From positions 1,736,001 through 1,800,000 of the forward strand of contig NW_027361695.1 in the NCBI RefSeq assembly GCF_039654945.1: a DNA stretch of 64,000 nucleotides. Direction: 5' to 3'. Both the position numbers and the translations under genes were made by a program. How positions within the stretch are numbered: position 1 is the first letter of the stretch; each line of letters opens with the position of its first letter. Of this stretch, positions 24,961 through 39,145 are shown in pieces. Below the pieces are notes generated by a model. That model saw nothing but the letters and a program-made list of their open reading frames with translations, did not search any database and had not been told where the DNA came from. Origin of the DNA: Dendrobates tinctorius. Taxonomy: Eukaryota.

Positions 24961-25440
24961 GCAGCCACATAGCTAGGAAATGGCATCAGCATGGCTGCAC
25001 GCCGGGCCCTGCAGCACTGGCACCTGCGGCATGCCCGCCACGAGAAAGCTCCTGGGCTCTGGTACAAAATCCATCACGGGTGTCATCCCCCAAAAAACAT
25101 GCACCATTTAGAGAACGGCTGCTGCAGACACTTCTGGCTCCTTGTGGATTTTGGCCCTCGAGGGTCACAAGGGGGGACCCCTTCCCTCGGTTTGAGTAGC
25201 TTCACCAGCATTTGCCCACGTATGCCCCAGGTCTAAGTGAAAATGTCTTTTGGGCTCCTCTGGTTTTCACCAACACCCCTCATATAAAGGGCGACCACTA
25301 AGACTAACTGAAAAGTCAGCAAGTCCTCCAGGCAGTCCAGTCCTCCTGTAGGTGTCGCTGTTGCTATTGCTGTCTACAAGTGTGAATCCAATCTACCCCA
25401 AAGGCACAAACCACAAGACTAACAGGAATGACCTGTTACA

Positions 25441-26982
25441 GCCTACTGTACAGATACGTCTAGTGTTTCCCAGATAACGGCCTACTGTATAGATACGTCT
25501 AGTGTTTCCCAGATAACGGCCTACTGCACAGATACGTCTAGTGTTTCCCAGATAACGGCCTACTGCACAGATACGTCTAGTGTTTCCCAGATAACGGCCT
25601 ACTGTATAGATACGTCTAGTGTTTCCCAGATAACGGTCTAGTGTTTCCCAGATAGCGGCCTACTGTACAGATACGTCTAGTGTTTCCCAGATAATGGCCT
25701 ACTGTACAGATCCATCTAGTGTTTCCCAGATAACGGCCTACAGTACAGATACGTCTAGTGTTTCCAAAAAAACGGCCTACTGTACAGATCCGTCTAGTGT
25801 TTCCCAGATAACGGCCTACTGCACAGATCCGTCTACTGTTTCCCAGATAACGGCCTACTGCACAGATCTGTCTACTGTTTCCCAGATAACGGCCTACTGT
25901 ACAGATACGTCTAGTGTTTCCCAGATAACGGCCTACTGTACAGATCCATCTAGTGTTTCCCAGGTAACGGCCTACTGTACAGATACGTCTAGTGTTTCCC
26001 AGATAACGGCCTACTGTACAGATCCGTCTAGTGTTTCCAAAAAAAACGGCCTACTGTACAGATCCGTCTAGTGTTTCCCAGATAACGGCCTACTGCACAG
26101 ATCCGTCTACTGTTTCCCAGATAACGGCCTACTGCACAGATCTGTCTACTGTTTCCCAGATAACGGCCTACTGTACAGATACGTCTAGTGTTTCCCAGAT
26201 AACGGCCTACTGTACAGATCCATCTAGTGTTTCCCAGGTAACGGCCTACTGTACAGATACGTCTAGTGTTTCCCAGATAACGGCCTACTGTACAGATCCG
26301 TCTAGTGTTTCCAAAAAAACGGCCTACTGTACAGATCCGTCTAGTGTTTCCCAGATAACGGCCTACTGCACAGATCCGTCTACTGTTTCCCAGATAACGG
26401 CCTACTGCACAGATCTGTCTACTGTTTCCCAGATAACGGCCTACTGCACAGATCTGTCTACTGTTTCCCAGATAACGGCCTACTGCACAGATCCGTCTAC
26501 TGTTTCCCAGATAACGGACTACTGCACAGATCCGTCTAGTGTTTCCCAGATAGCGGCCTACTGTACAGATCCGTCTAGTGTTTCCAAAAAAACGGCCTAC
26601 TGTACAGATCCGTCTAGTGTTTCCCAGATAACGGCCTACTGCACAGATCCGTCTACTGTTTCCCAGATAACGGCCTACTGCACAGATCTGTCTACTCTTT
26701 CCCAGATAACGGCCTACTGCACAGATCTGTCTACTCTTTCCCAGATAACGGCCTACTGCACAGATCCGTCTACTGTTTCCCAGATAACGGCCTACTGCAC
26801 AGATCTGTCTACTCTTTCCCAGATAACGGCCTACTGCACAGATCTGTCTACTCTTTCCCAGATAACGGCCTACTGCACAGATCCGTCTACTGTTTCCCAG
26901 ATAACGGCCTACTGCACAGATCCGTCTAGTGTTTCCCAGATAACGGCCTACTGCACAGATCCGTCTAGTGTTTCCCACATAA
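25441..26982. repeat. 39-bp minisatellite, ~39 copies
   Basis: Unit GCCTACTGTACAGATCCGTCTAGTGTTTCCCAGATAACG. Confidence 0.98.
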
Positions 26983-28409
26983 CTGTAATTAAAGCTAAAG
27001 TGTAAAGCAAATTATGTGTAAAGGGGGGATCCAACTTTTTTAAAAGGTTCGAAACCAGTTACACATATATATTTATATCTTTACAACTTTTTTTTTGCTC
27101 TAGGGCATCTAAAATACAAAATAAAGCAACTTTGAAAACTTTGTTTGAAAAACCACCTACAGTTTTGTGTACACAGCTCACATGCAGACCTATGTGTTGC
27201 CGAGGTTTTTCTGCCGTCATGCATTACTCCTGTCCATGTCCCTCCATTTCTTCTGTCTGTTGGTTAGGAATAAGAGGAGTCAATGGCGGGGTAGTGACAC
27301 AGGACTGCAGGGTCAGATTACACAGGGTTTATCTTGGAGACACATAGCTCCGCACGGGAGCTGTATTAACGCAACGGTAGCAGATTTTGTGATCAGGACT
27401 ATTTGCAAAGTTGCTTCATTTTGCCTTTTAAATGCACTGGAGTGAGCTAATGATAGATTGCAAAAGTCTGCATACCCTTGGAAGCCTATAGAAATGCTTT
27501 GAAGCTGAGATTTGGGGAGCTGTTTGGTGTTCGATAAGGCCCTGGGGGGGTGCACTGTGGTGACCGGGGGTCTTCAGGTGTCAATCCTTCCCATTGCTTT
27601 TCCCGTCCTGTTACACGGACGCTGCTGTGATGACGAGCAGTCGGCTGACGCTTCAGTAGAGTTTGTACTGGACAGGAAATGCGCAGCCGGCAGGAAGTGC
27701 CCCCCCCCACTCATTATATCCTCCCTGCACCCATCACTTTCTATTTTAGTAAGTTCCTGATTTTTATGTATTTAGTGTCTATGAACCATGAGCCGCTCTG
27801 GGGCCCCTGACCTGGTCACATCCCCTCCTGCAAATATGGGGGTAATGTAGGGAGCAGTGGGAGCAAACACTCATCTGTCTGGGGATGGGGGCAAATTCTG
27901 CCCAAAATAAAGGCCAAGTTTGATTTTTTGCTATACGGCCCCCTTGTTGTATTCACCATGGTGCAAAGCTGCCATTCTCTGCATGCTGGGAGTTGTAGTT
28001 TCACAGCAGCTAAAGAGCTGCAAGCTGCAGAAGCATGAAGTCCTGGCTGATACATTTTACTTGCACTGACACAGTGTAGCAAAAACATCAGTACAGGATA
28101 GAGATGCATTTATCACCTATCCACGCCGTCGGGGGGTCCTGATGTCCTCAATGTCAGTGGTTTGGTAATGACCTTCGCACCGTTCACTTCTATGGCAGTG
28201 GTAGTGCGCATGCATAGTAAATGGAGCGGTGGTCACGCATGCGCACTACCGCTTACACAGATCCATAGAAGTCAGTGGAGCTGTGGTCTGGCTCTACCCT
28301 CTGCTTTCACACAGCATAAAGTGTAAAAAAATAAAAAGGAAAAAGTCTATTTCTATCAAAATATAAAATGATTTAACCCGTATGATAATCATAAAGAGAA
28401 AAATGTCAA

Positions 28410-29230
28410 TTCCTTGTTGGAAGACGTATATGAAGGAAATCTGCTAATGGCTTATATTCCAAATTCCGGGGTCCCAGTTCTTTAGGGATCTTCGCTCCCG
28501 TCCCATTTACCCAATCTGCACTCTGATGAGCGGATATCATCATTTCCCATAATTGGGATTCTTAAATCCGCAAGGTCTTCCTTATATACTTATTTTATAC
28601 ATTATTTATATACATACTTGCCATCGATGGGCTTAAACTCAAACCCACTAATGGAAAAAGAAAAGTGGAGACTAATATTCCCGAGGAGGAGTGAGAGGGG
28701 GTTCTGGGGTGCCAAACTCTTGCCCAATTGTTTCATCTTTTTGGCGTGAAGTGACTGTCCTATTATCCTTTGTAGGCCGGGGTCAGACTTACGAGAAACT
28801 CGCCCGAGTCTTGCATCTTAATACCCGGCACTCGGGAGCGGAGTGTGCGGCTCCATGTATCTCTGTGCAGCTGAGCGCTCCGGTCCAAGTGCCGGGTATT
28901 AAGATGCAAGACTCGGGCGAGTTTCTCGTAAGTTTGACCCCGGCCTTAATATCTGTCCCAGTCCCATGCGATCCACCGATTTGTGTTTGGGGTATTAGAG
29001 ATAGAAATTTATGATCACTAAATTAAGATTTTATTTTGCGGGAACCCTTATTTCTAGCCAGGAAATAACTAGCAATGCGCTGGATGGGTAACGCACGGCC
29101 TACACTGCGATCATGGAAAGCGTTAGTGAACTCAATCATTCCATAAGAAAAAAAATAAACAGTATATCAAATTAGAGAATGTCCATTAAAATGGTCTAGA
29201 ATTTAGAATTTGGGATTTTTGATGTCTATT
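28410..29230 (+). mobile_element. Decayed L1-clade LINE ORF2 C-terminal fragment interrupted by a MITE
   Basis: Broken frames give FQIPGSQFFR, CPIVSSFWREVTVLLS, ISVPVPCDP and LFLARK*LAMRWMGNARPTLRSWKALVNSIIP*E, which resemble the L1 ORF2 C-terminus. Confidence 0.7.
28775..28945. mobile_element. 171-bp palindromic MITE (PIF/Harbinger-like)
   Basis: GGCCGGGGTCAGACTTACGAGAAACTCGCCCGAGTCTTGCATCTTAATACCCGGCACT and its inverse form ~58-bp TIRs. Flanks GTA/TTA fit a TWA target duplication. Confidence 0.88.
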
Positions 29231-30185
29231 TCTTCTCATGATTAAAGCCAGAAGTGGTGGAAGGAACGGAGTGTAACTCGTTCTATAGATGGGGCGAGTC
29301 TGGGCACCGGAGCGTACAGGTATATATACTAGGATAAGGTCTGATATTACTATCTTGGCAGCAAAAGTTTGAAAAGTTTGTAAGGTTAACAATAGAGGTT
29401 TAAACTTTTAAACTTAAGTTTTGTTATACATACGCTACGCTCTATGTGATTACTACGTATAGGAAGAAACGGCGCTCACAGGACAACAGACGCAGGCATG
29501 CTTCAGTTTCTTTTCCTTGTCTTTATTTTCATACATCTTATCGGATAACAAATAAGTTACTCGATAACATGACGCAATCCAAATGTTTTATTTGCTGTGA
29601 TTTGCTTTTGTTTGAAAAATGTTCAATAAAAATGAATTAAAAATTCCATTAACCAAAATGCTACATGCAAAAACAAACAAACAAAAAACAAAACAAACAA
29701 GCTCCACTGACAAAATTAATTTTTATTTTTTTTTTAAATTACCGGCGGTCTTAGAAAATGGCAACACAAAACAAAAGCTTGGTATCATCGCGGTAGTACT
29801 GATGTGAAGAATCTTTTTTTCTAAGTGGCTTTTTTTTTCCGCAGCATCAGGATGTCTGTAAAAACAAAAAAAGAAAAGAAAGAACGGAACTACATTTTCC
29901 CCATTTTTTTTAATTTTTTTCTGCATTATATGGTAAAGTGAATGGTGTCATTGAAGACTAAGAAGAAAATGCAAAAAAAAAAAAAAAAAGAATAAGAAAT
30001 TGTGACCGCGTCCTTAAAGAGGTTTTTTTTAGATTGCGGCAGTCCATTTTCAGCCTGATGGTCTCGGTTTACACGCACAGATACAATGCTAGAACTGCAG
30101 GACAGACTGACGCTGATGTAGAAGAGGGAGAGATCATTCCTATACTGCTGAGTATCTGCAGGAAGCTGGTGACTGCGCCTCCCGA

Positions 30186-33100
30186 CACTGCCACGGTGGT
30201 CACTATCACACCCATAACACTGCCACGGTGGTCACTATCACACCCATAACACTGCCACGGTGGTCACTATCACACCCATAACCCTGCCACGGTGGTCACT
30301 ATCACACCCATAACACTGCCACGGTGGTCACTATCACACCCATAACCCAGCCACGGTGGTCACTATCACACCCATAACCCTGCCACAGTGGTCACTATCA
30401 CACCCATAACACTGCCACGGTGGTCACTATCACACCCATAACACTGCCGCGGTGGTCACTATCACACCCATAACCCTGCCACGGTGGTCACTATCACACC
30501 CATAACCCTGCCACGGTGGTCACTATCACACCCATAACACTGCCGCGGGGGTCACTATCACACCCATAACCCTGCCACGGTGGTCACTATCACACCCATA
30601 ACACTGCCACGGTGGTCACTATCACACCCATAACCCTGCCACGGTGGTCACTATCACACCCATAACACTGTCGCGGGGGTCACTATCACACCCATAACAC
30701 TGCCGCGGTGGTCACTATCACACCAATAACACTGCCGCGGTGGTCACTATCACACCCATAACACTGCCGCGGTGGTCACTATCACACCCATAACACTGCC
30801 GCGGTGGTCACTATCACACCCATAACACTGCCGCGGTGGTCACTATCACACCCATAACACTGCCGCGGTGGTCACTATCACACACATAACCCTGCCTCGG
30901 TGGTCACTATCACACCCATAACCCTGCCACGGTGGTCACTATCACACCCATAACCCTGCCACGGTGGTCACTATCACACCCATAACACTGCCACGGGGGT
31001 CACTATCACACCCATAACCCTGCCACGGTGGTCACTATCACACCCATAACACTGCCACGGTGGTCACTATCACACCCATAACCCTGCCACGGTGGTCACT
31101 ATCACACCCATAACACTGTCGCGGGGGTCACTATCACACCCATAACACTGCCGCGGTGGTCACTATCACACCCATAACACTGCAGCGGTGGTCACTATCA
31201 CACCAATAACACTGCCGCGGTGGTCACTATCACACCCATAACACTGCCGCGGTGGTCACTATCACACCCATAACACTGCCGCGGTGGTCACTATCACACC
31301 CATAACACTGCCGCGTGGGCACTATCACACACATAACCCTGCCTCGGTGGTTACTATCACACCCATAACCCTGCCGCGGTGGTCACTATCACACCCATAA
31401 CACTGTCGCGGTGGTCACTATCACACCCATAACCATGCCACGGTGGTCACTATCACACCCATAACCCTGCCGCGGTGGTCACTATCACACCCATAACACT
31501 GCCGCGGTGGTCACTATCACACCCATAACCATGCCACGGTGGTCACTATCACACCCATAACCCTGCCGCGGTGGTCACTATCACACCCATAACACTGCCG
31601 CGGTGGTCACTATCACACCAATAACACTGCCGCGGTGGTCACTATCACACCCATAACCCTGCCACGGTGGTCACTATCACACCCATAACACTGCCACGGT
31701 GGTCACTATCACACCCATAACCCAGCCACGGTGGTCACTATCACACCCATAACCCTGCCACAGTGGTCACTATCACACCCATAACACTGCCACGGTGGTC
31801 ACTATCACACCCATAACCCAGCCACGGTGGTCACTATCACACCCATAACACTGCCGCGGTGGTCACTATCACACCCATAACCCTGCCACGGTGGTCACTA
31901 TCACACCCATAACACTGCCACGGTGGTCACTATCACACCCATAACACTGCCGCGGTGGTCACTATCACACCCATAACCCTGCCACGGTGGTCACTATCAC
32001 ACCCATAACACTGCCACGGTGGTCACTATCACACCCATAACCCTGCCACGGTGGTCACTATCACACCCATAACACTGCCACGGTGGTCACTATCACACCC
32101 ATAACCCAGCCACGGTGGTCACTATCACACCCATAACCCTGCCACAGTGGTCACTATCACACCCATAACACTGCCACGGTGGTCACTATCACACCCATAA
32201 CACTGCCGCGGTGGTCACTATCACACCCATAACCCTGCCACGGTGGTCACTATCACACCCATAACCCTGCCACGGTGGTCACTATCACACCCATAACACT
32301 GCCGCGAGGGTCACTATCACACCCATAACCCTGCCACGGTGGTCACTATCACACCCATAACACTGCCACGGTGGTCACTATCACACCCATAACCCTGCCA
32401 CGGTGGTCACTATCACACCCATAACACTGTCGCGGGGGTCACTATCACACCCATAACACTGCCGCGGTGGTCACTATCACACCCATAACACTGCAGCGGT
32501 GGTCACTATCACACCAATAACACTGCCGTGGTGGTCACTATCACACCAATAACACTGCCGCGGTGGTCACTATCACACCCATAACACTGCCGCGGTGGTC
32601 ACTATCACACCCATAACACTGCCGCGGTGGTCACTATCACACACATAACCCTGCCTCGGTGGTCACTATCACACCCATAACCCTGCCACGGTGGTCACTA
32701 TCACACCCATAACCCTGCCACGGTGGTCACTATCACACCCATAACCCTGCCACGGTGGTCACTATCACACCCATAACACTGCCACGGGGGTCACTATCAC
32801 ACCCATAACCCTGCCACGGTGGTCACTATCACACCCATAACACTGCCACGGTGGTCACTATCACACCCATAACCCTGCCACGGTGGTCACTATCACACCC
32901 ATAACACTGGCGCGGGGGTCACTATCACACCCATAACACTGCCGCGGTGGTCACTATCACACCCATAACACTGCAGCGGTGGTCACTATCACACCAATAA
33001 CACTGCCGCGGTGGTCACTATCACACCCATAACACTGCCGCGGTGGTCACTATCACACCCATAACACTGCCGCGGTGGTCACTATCACACCCATAACACT

Positions 33101-34567
33101 GCCGCGTGGGCACTATCACACACATAACCCTGCCTCGGTGGTTACTATCACACCCATAACCCTGCCGCGGTGGTCACTATCACACCCATAACACTGCCGC
33201 GGTGGTCACTATCACACCCATAACCATGCCACGGTGGTCACTATCACACCCATAACCCTGCCGCGGTGGTCACTATCACACCCATAACACTGCCGCGGTG
33301 GTCACTATCACACCCATAACCATGCCACGGTGGTCACTATCACACCCATAACCCTGCCGCGGTGGTCACTATCACACCCATAACACTGCCGCGGTGGTCA
33401 CTATCACACCAATAACACTGCCGCGGTGGTCACTATCACACCCATAACCCTGCCGCGGTGGTCACTATCACACCCATAACCCTGCCGCGGTGGTCACTAT
33501 CACACCCATAACACTGCCGCGGTGGTCACTATCACACCCATAACACTGCCGCGGTGGTCACTATCACACCCATAACCATGCCCCGGTGGTCACTATCACA
33601 CCCATAACCCTGCCGCGGTGGTCACTATCACACCCATAACACTGCCGCGGTGGTCACTATCACACCCATAACACTGCCGCGGTGGTCACGATCACACCCA
33701 TAACACTGCCACGGTGGTCACGTTCACACCCATAACCCTGCCACGGTGGTCACTATCACACCCATAACACTGCCGCAGTGGTCACTATCACACCCATAAC
33801 ACTGCCGCGGTGGTCGCTATCACACCCATAACACTGCCGCGGTGGTCGCTATCACACCCATAACACTGCCGCGGTGGTCGCTATCACACCCATAACACTG
33901 CCGCGGTGGTCCCTATCACACCCATAACCCTGCCGCGGTGGTCCCTATCACACCCATAACCCTGCCGCGGTGGTCCCTATCACACCCATAACACTGCCAC
34001 GGTGGTCCCTATCACACCCATAACCCTGCCACGGTGGTCACTATCACACCCATAACACTGCCGCGGTGGTCACTATCACACCCATATCACTGCCGCGGTG
34101 GTCACTATCACACCCATATCACTGCCACGGTGGTCACTATCACACCCATAACACTGCCACAGTGGTCACTATCACACCCATATCACTGCCGCGGTGGTCA
34201 CTATCACACCCATATCACTGCCACGGTGGTCACTATCACACCCATAACCCTGCCACAGTGGTCACTATCACACCCATAACACTGCCACGGTGGTCACTAT
34301 CACACCCATAACCCTGCCACGGTGGTCACTATCACACCCATAACACTGCCGCGGTGGTCACTATCACACCCATATCACTGCCGCGGTGGTCACTATCACA
34401 CCCATAACACTGCAGCGGTGGTCACTATCACACCCATATCACTGCCGCGGTGGTCACTATCACACCCATATCACTGCCGCGGTGGTCACTATCACACCCA
34501 TAACACTGCCGCGGTGGTCACTATCACACCCATATCACTGCTGCGGTGGTCACTATCACACCCATAA
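30186..34567. repeat. 32-bp minisatellite, ~137 copies
   Basis: Unit CACTGCCRCGGTGGTCACTATCACACCCATAA, with a ~1.8-kb higher-order duplication. Confidence 0.99.
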
Positions 34568-34902
34568 AAAAGTCAGAGGCAAAGGATTAAAATTTCAGAA
34601 CAGTAGGCAATGATTATTTACGCCGCTGGGCTGCATATATTAAAGGGATCTGTACGCTGATCAATAATGGCCGACCCCAGTGGTTGACAACCCCCACTCT
34701 CTCAGGCTCCAGGACGTGATTGAAATACTATAGCGATATCCCGAGCAATCAATAATTCATACATTATACATGATACAAGCAAAAACCAAGAGACGCAGGA
34801 AGTGAGAAGTGCGGAGGCCGGGGTTTGGGCTTTGTATCAAATTCTAGGGGATAATCAATAATATCGCCGATTTTAATAAAGAGTCATCGGCCATCTTCTA
34901 CC

Positions 34903-35675
34903 ATGATCTGTGTCCGTCCTGCCAGTACTACTGTTACTGGCTCTATCGTTCTACGTCAGGGTTCTGCCACCTGTGGCTGTTGTGATCTGTGTCTGTCCTG
35001 CCGGTACTATTGTTACTGGCTCTATCGTTCTACGTCAGGGTTCTGCCACCTGTGGCTGTTGTGATCTGTGTCTGTCCTGCCAGTACTACTGTTACTGGCT
35101 CTATCGTTCTACGTCAGGGTTCTGCCACCTGTGGCTGTTGTGATCTGTGTCCGTCCTGCCGGTACTATTGTTACTGGCTCTATCGTTCTACGTCAGGGTT
35201 CTGCAACCTGTGGCTGTTGTGATCTGTGTCTGTCCTGCCGGTACTATTGTTACTGGATCTATCGTTCTACGTCAGGGTTCTGCCTCCTGTGATCTGTGTC
35301 CATCCTGCCGGTACTATTGTTACTGGATCTATTGTTCTACGTCAGGGTTCTGCCACCTGTGGCTGTTGTGATCTGTGTCCATCCTGCCGGTACTATTGTT
35401 ACTGGATCTATCGTTCTACGTCAGGGTTCTGCCTCCTGTGATCTGTGTCCATCCTGCCGGTACTATTGTTACTGGATCTATCGTTCTACGTCAGGGTTCT
35501 GCCACCTGTGGCTGTTGTGATCTGTGTCCGTCCTGCCGGTACTACTGTTACTGGATCTATCGTTCTACATCAGGGTTTGCCTCCTGTGGCTGTTGTGATC
35601 TGTGTCCGTCCTGCCGGTACTACTGTTACTGGATCTATCGTTCTATGTCAAGATTCTGCAACCTGTGCTGTTGTG
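34903..35675. repeat. 79/70-bp minisatellite, ~10 copies
   Basis: Unit begins TGATCTGTGTCTGTCCTGCCGGTACTATTG. Periods of 79 bp, with 70-bp deletion variants. Confidence 0.96.
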
Positions 35676-36028
35676 AAACTACAGCTCCCAGCATACCCAG
35701 GAAGACCGATGCCCAATCTGTTGGGACGTGGAGACGTTAATGTTGAGTAGTCGCACGGGCTCTATTCTAATTAATGTCACCAGTTTACAGTGGAGAAAGG
35801 GAATAGTTAATAGCCGGTGACTGGGAAAACAGTCAATATGATCGATATTTATCACTCTACGTCTACAGGCCACATTCCTCCCTTTATGATCACGGACACA
35901 GGGGTCCCAAAGTACATGGAGTGGTAGTAAGCATGTGCAGGGGTTTCAGCAATTAAGCGATTGCTAGGGATTATACCCCTTTAAGGTGGTCATGCACCTC
36001 ATAGGTTTATGGTTGAGCCACCCTTGCC

Positions 36029-36330
36029 TTAAAGGGATTTTCCCCATCATCAGAAATGGATTTTGTTGGATAGTGCTTGTAAAAAGGAGCAATTTTGCAA
36101 TTTACTTTTTATTAAAATTTTCAGCCGTTCTTGAGATATTAACACTTTTCATAATACCTCGTTGTCTTGGAGACCGACCAACAGTGCTAGACAGCAGCGG
36201 TCAGTCTCCAGGGCAACGAGCTGTAAACAAAAGTGTTAATATCTCAAGAAGGGCTGAGAATTTTAATAAGCGGTAAATTGAAAAATCGCTTGTTTTTACA
36301 GGCACCGTCCGACAATATCCATCTACGGAG
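36029..36330. mobile_element. Palindromic TTAA/Kolobok-like MITE (right end eroded)
   Basis: Starts TTAAAGGG. Arms such as ttcttgagatattaacactttt / aaaagtgttaatatctcaagaa are inverted about ~36190. Confidence 0.75.
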
Positions 36331-36739
36331 ATGGTAAAAAAAAAAGCGATCTTATTGGAAGCGTCCGACCGTCGGCTGAACCCAGTGGACTTGCTTTTGT
36401 CGCCAGATGGCGTCACCGGTCGGATCGGACCCGTCTAGAACAATCATCCGTTAGTTTTTTTTCCCGGTGAATGTTCGTTATGGTGGAAATTTGGCGGCTT
36501 TTCTCCACAGTCTGGGTACGGACGACGAGCTAGAACGACCTCTATCGAAAATGTCGTAGCGGACCTTGGCGTTATCCGCCACAAGCAGACGGAGGACATT
36601 TGTCTTTCTTCCACCAAACTAATGATTAATTTGGACTGAACCATCCCCGGCTGAGGAACACTATTGATCGCCCTCACAGCTCCGCGCCCTCACAGCTCCG
36701 CGCCCTGCTTCTGTGAATGAACGCCGGTATTTATACTGA

Positions 36740-36940
36740 GCCAAGACCCCGCCCTGAGGTTTCTAACCACGCCCCTCACGACACTATTGGCTGAGGGGCA
36801 GCTTCCATCCCCGCCCCTCTCGGCTGCGCTGACATCAGTGCTGGGCTGGGCCGGCTGCACATACAGACCCCGCGCGGCGGCAGGAGGAGGAGGAAGAAGG
36901 AGAGGAGGACACGGCGGCTGTGACACCCAGCGCTGCCCAG
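36740..36940 (+). promoter_or_regulatory. CAMK1: CpG-rich promoter and probable non-coding exon 1 of CAMK1
   Basis: GC boxes (CCCCGCCC, CCACGCCC, CCCCGCCCC), inverted CCAAT (ATTGG ~36786), CRE-like TGACATCA ~36830, a GGA-rich leader and donor CAG|GTAAC at 36941. Assignment to CAMK1 is inferred from position and strand. Confidence 0.65.
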
Positions 36941-37179
36941 GTAACACCTGCCCGACCAGTGCCCGGCGGGGCCGCTGCCAGTGCGCAGGGTGCAGGCTGT
37001 GTGCGCGGATGATGCAGCATGTACCCTGCACATATGGGTGATGATCACGTGTGATGCCAGTGTTCCATGTGTCGTGTATAATGCTATGTAATGTCTGATT
37101 CCTGCAGGTCCTGTGTATGATGGCGTTCTGTGTGTGTGTGCTGCCCGTATACAATGCCTAGCATCCTGTGTGATTGTGG

Positions 37180-39145
37180 GTTATGTGTAGTGTGTGATGC
37201 TCTAGGTATATGATGTGCATGTGAGGGTGTGTGATGTATATCGTGTAGTGTGTGATGCTGTAGGTATGTAATATATATAGTGTAGTGTGATGTATATCGT
37301 GTAGTGTGTGATGCTGTAGGTATGTAATATATATAGTGTAGTGTGTGATGTATATCGTGTAGTGTGTGATGCTGTAGGTATGTAATATATATAGTGTAGT
37401 GTGTGATGTATATCGTGTAGTGTATGATGCTGTAGGTATGTAATATATATAGTGTAGTGTGTGATGTATATCGTGTAGTGTATGATGCTGTAGGTATGTA
37501 ATATATATAGTGTAGTGTGTGATGTATATCGTGTAGTGTATGATGCTGTAGGTATGTAATATATATAGTGTAGTGTGATGTATATCGTGTAGTGTGTGAT
37601 GCTGTAGGTATGTAATATATATAGTGTAGTGTGTGATGTATATCGTGTAGTGTGATGTATATCGTGTAGTGTGTGATGCTGTAGGTATGTAATATATATA
37701 GTGTAGTGTGTGATGTATATCGTGTAGTGTGATGTATATCGTGTAGTGTGTGATGCTGTAGGTATGTAATATATATAGTGTAGTGTGATGTATATCGTGT
37801 AGTGTATGATGCTGTAGGTATGTAATATATATAGTGTAGTGTGTGATGTATATCGTGTAGTGTGATGTATATAGTGTAGTGTATGATGCTGTAGGTATGT
37901 AATATATATAGTGTAGTGTGTGATGTATATCGTGTAGTGTGTGATGTATATAGTGCAGTGTATGATGCTGTAGGTATGTAATATATATAGTTTAGTGTGT
38001 GATGTATATAGTGTAGTGTATGATGCTGTAGGTATGTAATATATGTAGTGTGTGATGTATATCGTGTAGTGTGTGTGATGCTGTATGTTCTTATATATGT
38101 TGATATGTAGTAAGTGTTCTTATAAATATGTTTATAGTTCAGTATGTGACATGTAATTTGTATGATGCTGTAGATATGTAATATATATAGTTCCGTGTGT
38201 GTGATGTATATCGTGTAGTGTGTGATGTATATCGTGTAGTGTGTGATGTATATCGTGTAGTGTGTGATGTATATCGTGTAGTGTGATGTATATCGTGTAG
38301 TGTGTGATGCTGTAGGTATGTAATATATATAGTGTAGTGTGATGTATATCGTGTAGTGTGTGATGCTGTAGGTATGTAATATATATAGTGTAGTGTGATG
38401 TATATCGTGTATGATGCTGTAGGTATGTAATATATATAGTGTAGTGTGTGATGTATATCGTGTAGTGTGATGTATATAGTGTAGTGTATGATGCTGTAGG
38501 TATGTAATATATATAGTGTAGTGTGTGATGTATATAGTGTAGTGTATGATGCTGTAGGTATGTAATATATATAGTTCCGTGTGTGTGATGTATATAGTGT
38601 AGTGTGTGATGCTGTAGGTATGTAATATATATAGTGTAGTGTGTGATTGATGTATATCGTGTAGTGTATGATGCTGTAGGTATGTAATATATATAGTGTA
38701 GTGTGATGTATATCGTGTAGTGTATGATGCTGTAGGTATGTAATATATATAGTTCCGTGTGTGTGATGTATATAGTGTAGTGTGTGATTGATGTATATCG
38801 TGTAGTGTATGATGCTGTAGGTATGTAATATATAGTGTAGTGTGTGATGTATATAGTGTAGTGTATGATGCTGTAGGTATGTAATATATATAGTGTAGTG
38901 TGTGATGTATATCGTGTAGTGTGTGATGCTGTAGGTATGTAATATATAGTGTAGTGTGTGATGTATATAGTGTAGTGTATGATGCTGTAGGTATGTAATA
39001 TATATAGTTCCGTGTGTGTGATGTATATCGTGTAGTGTGTGATGTATATCGTGTAGTGTGTGATGTATATCGTGTAGTGTGTGATGCTGTAGGTATGTAA
39101 TATATATAGTGTAGTGTGTGATGTATATCGTGTAGTGTGTGATGC
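37180..39145. repeat. Complex TG/TA-rich modular repeat (~61-bp unit built from ~23- and ~38-bp modules)
   Basis: GTGTGATGTATATCGTGTAGTGT plus GATGCTGTAGGTATGTAATATATATAGTGTA modules in variable order. Confidence 0.95.

Noticed and set aside
26028-27005. 316- and 324-aa ORFs (TAYCTDPSSVSQI repeats)
   Set aside because: In-frame translation of the 39-bp minisatellite, with no splice or promoter support.
28523-28530. CTGATGAG as another hammerhead core (also CTGACGAAG at ~2662)
   Set aside because: No stem II or downstream GAAA.
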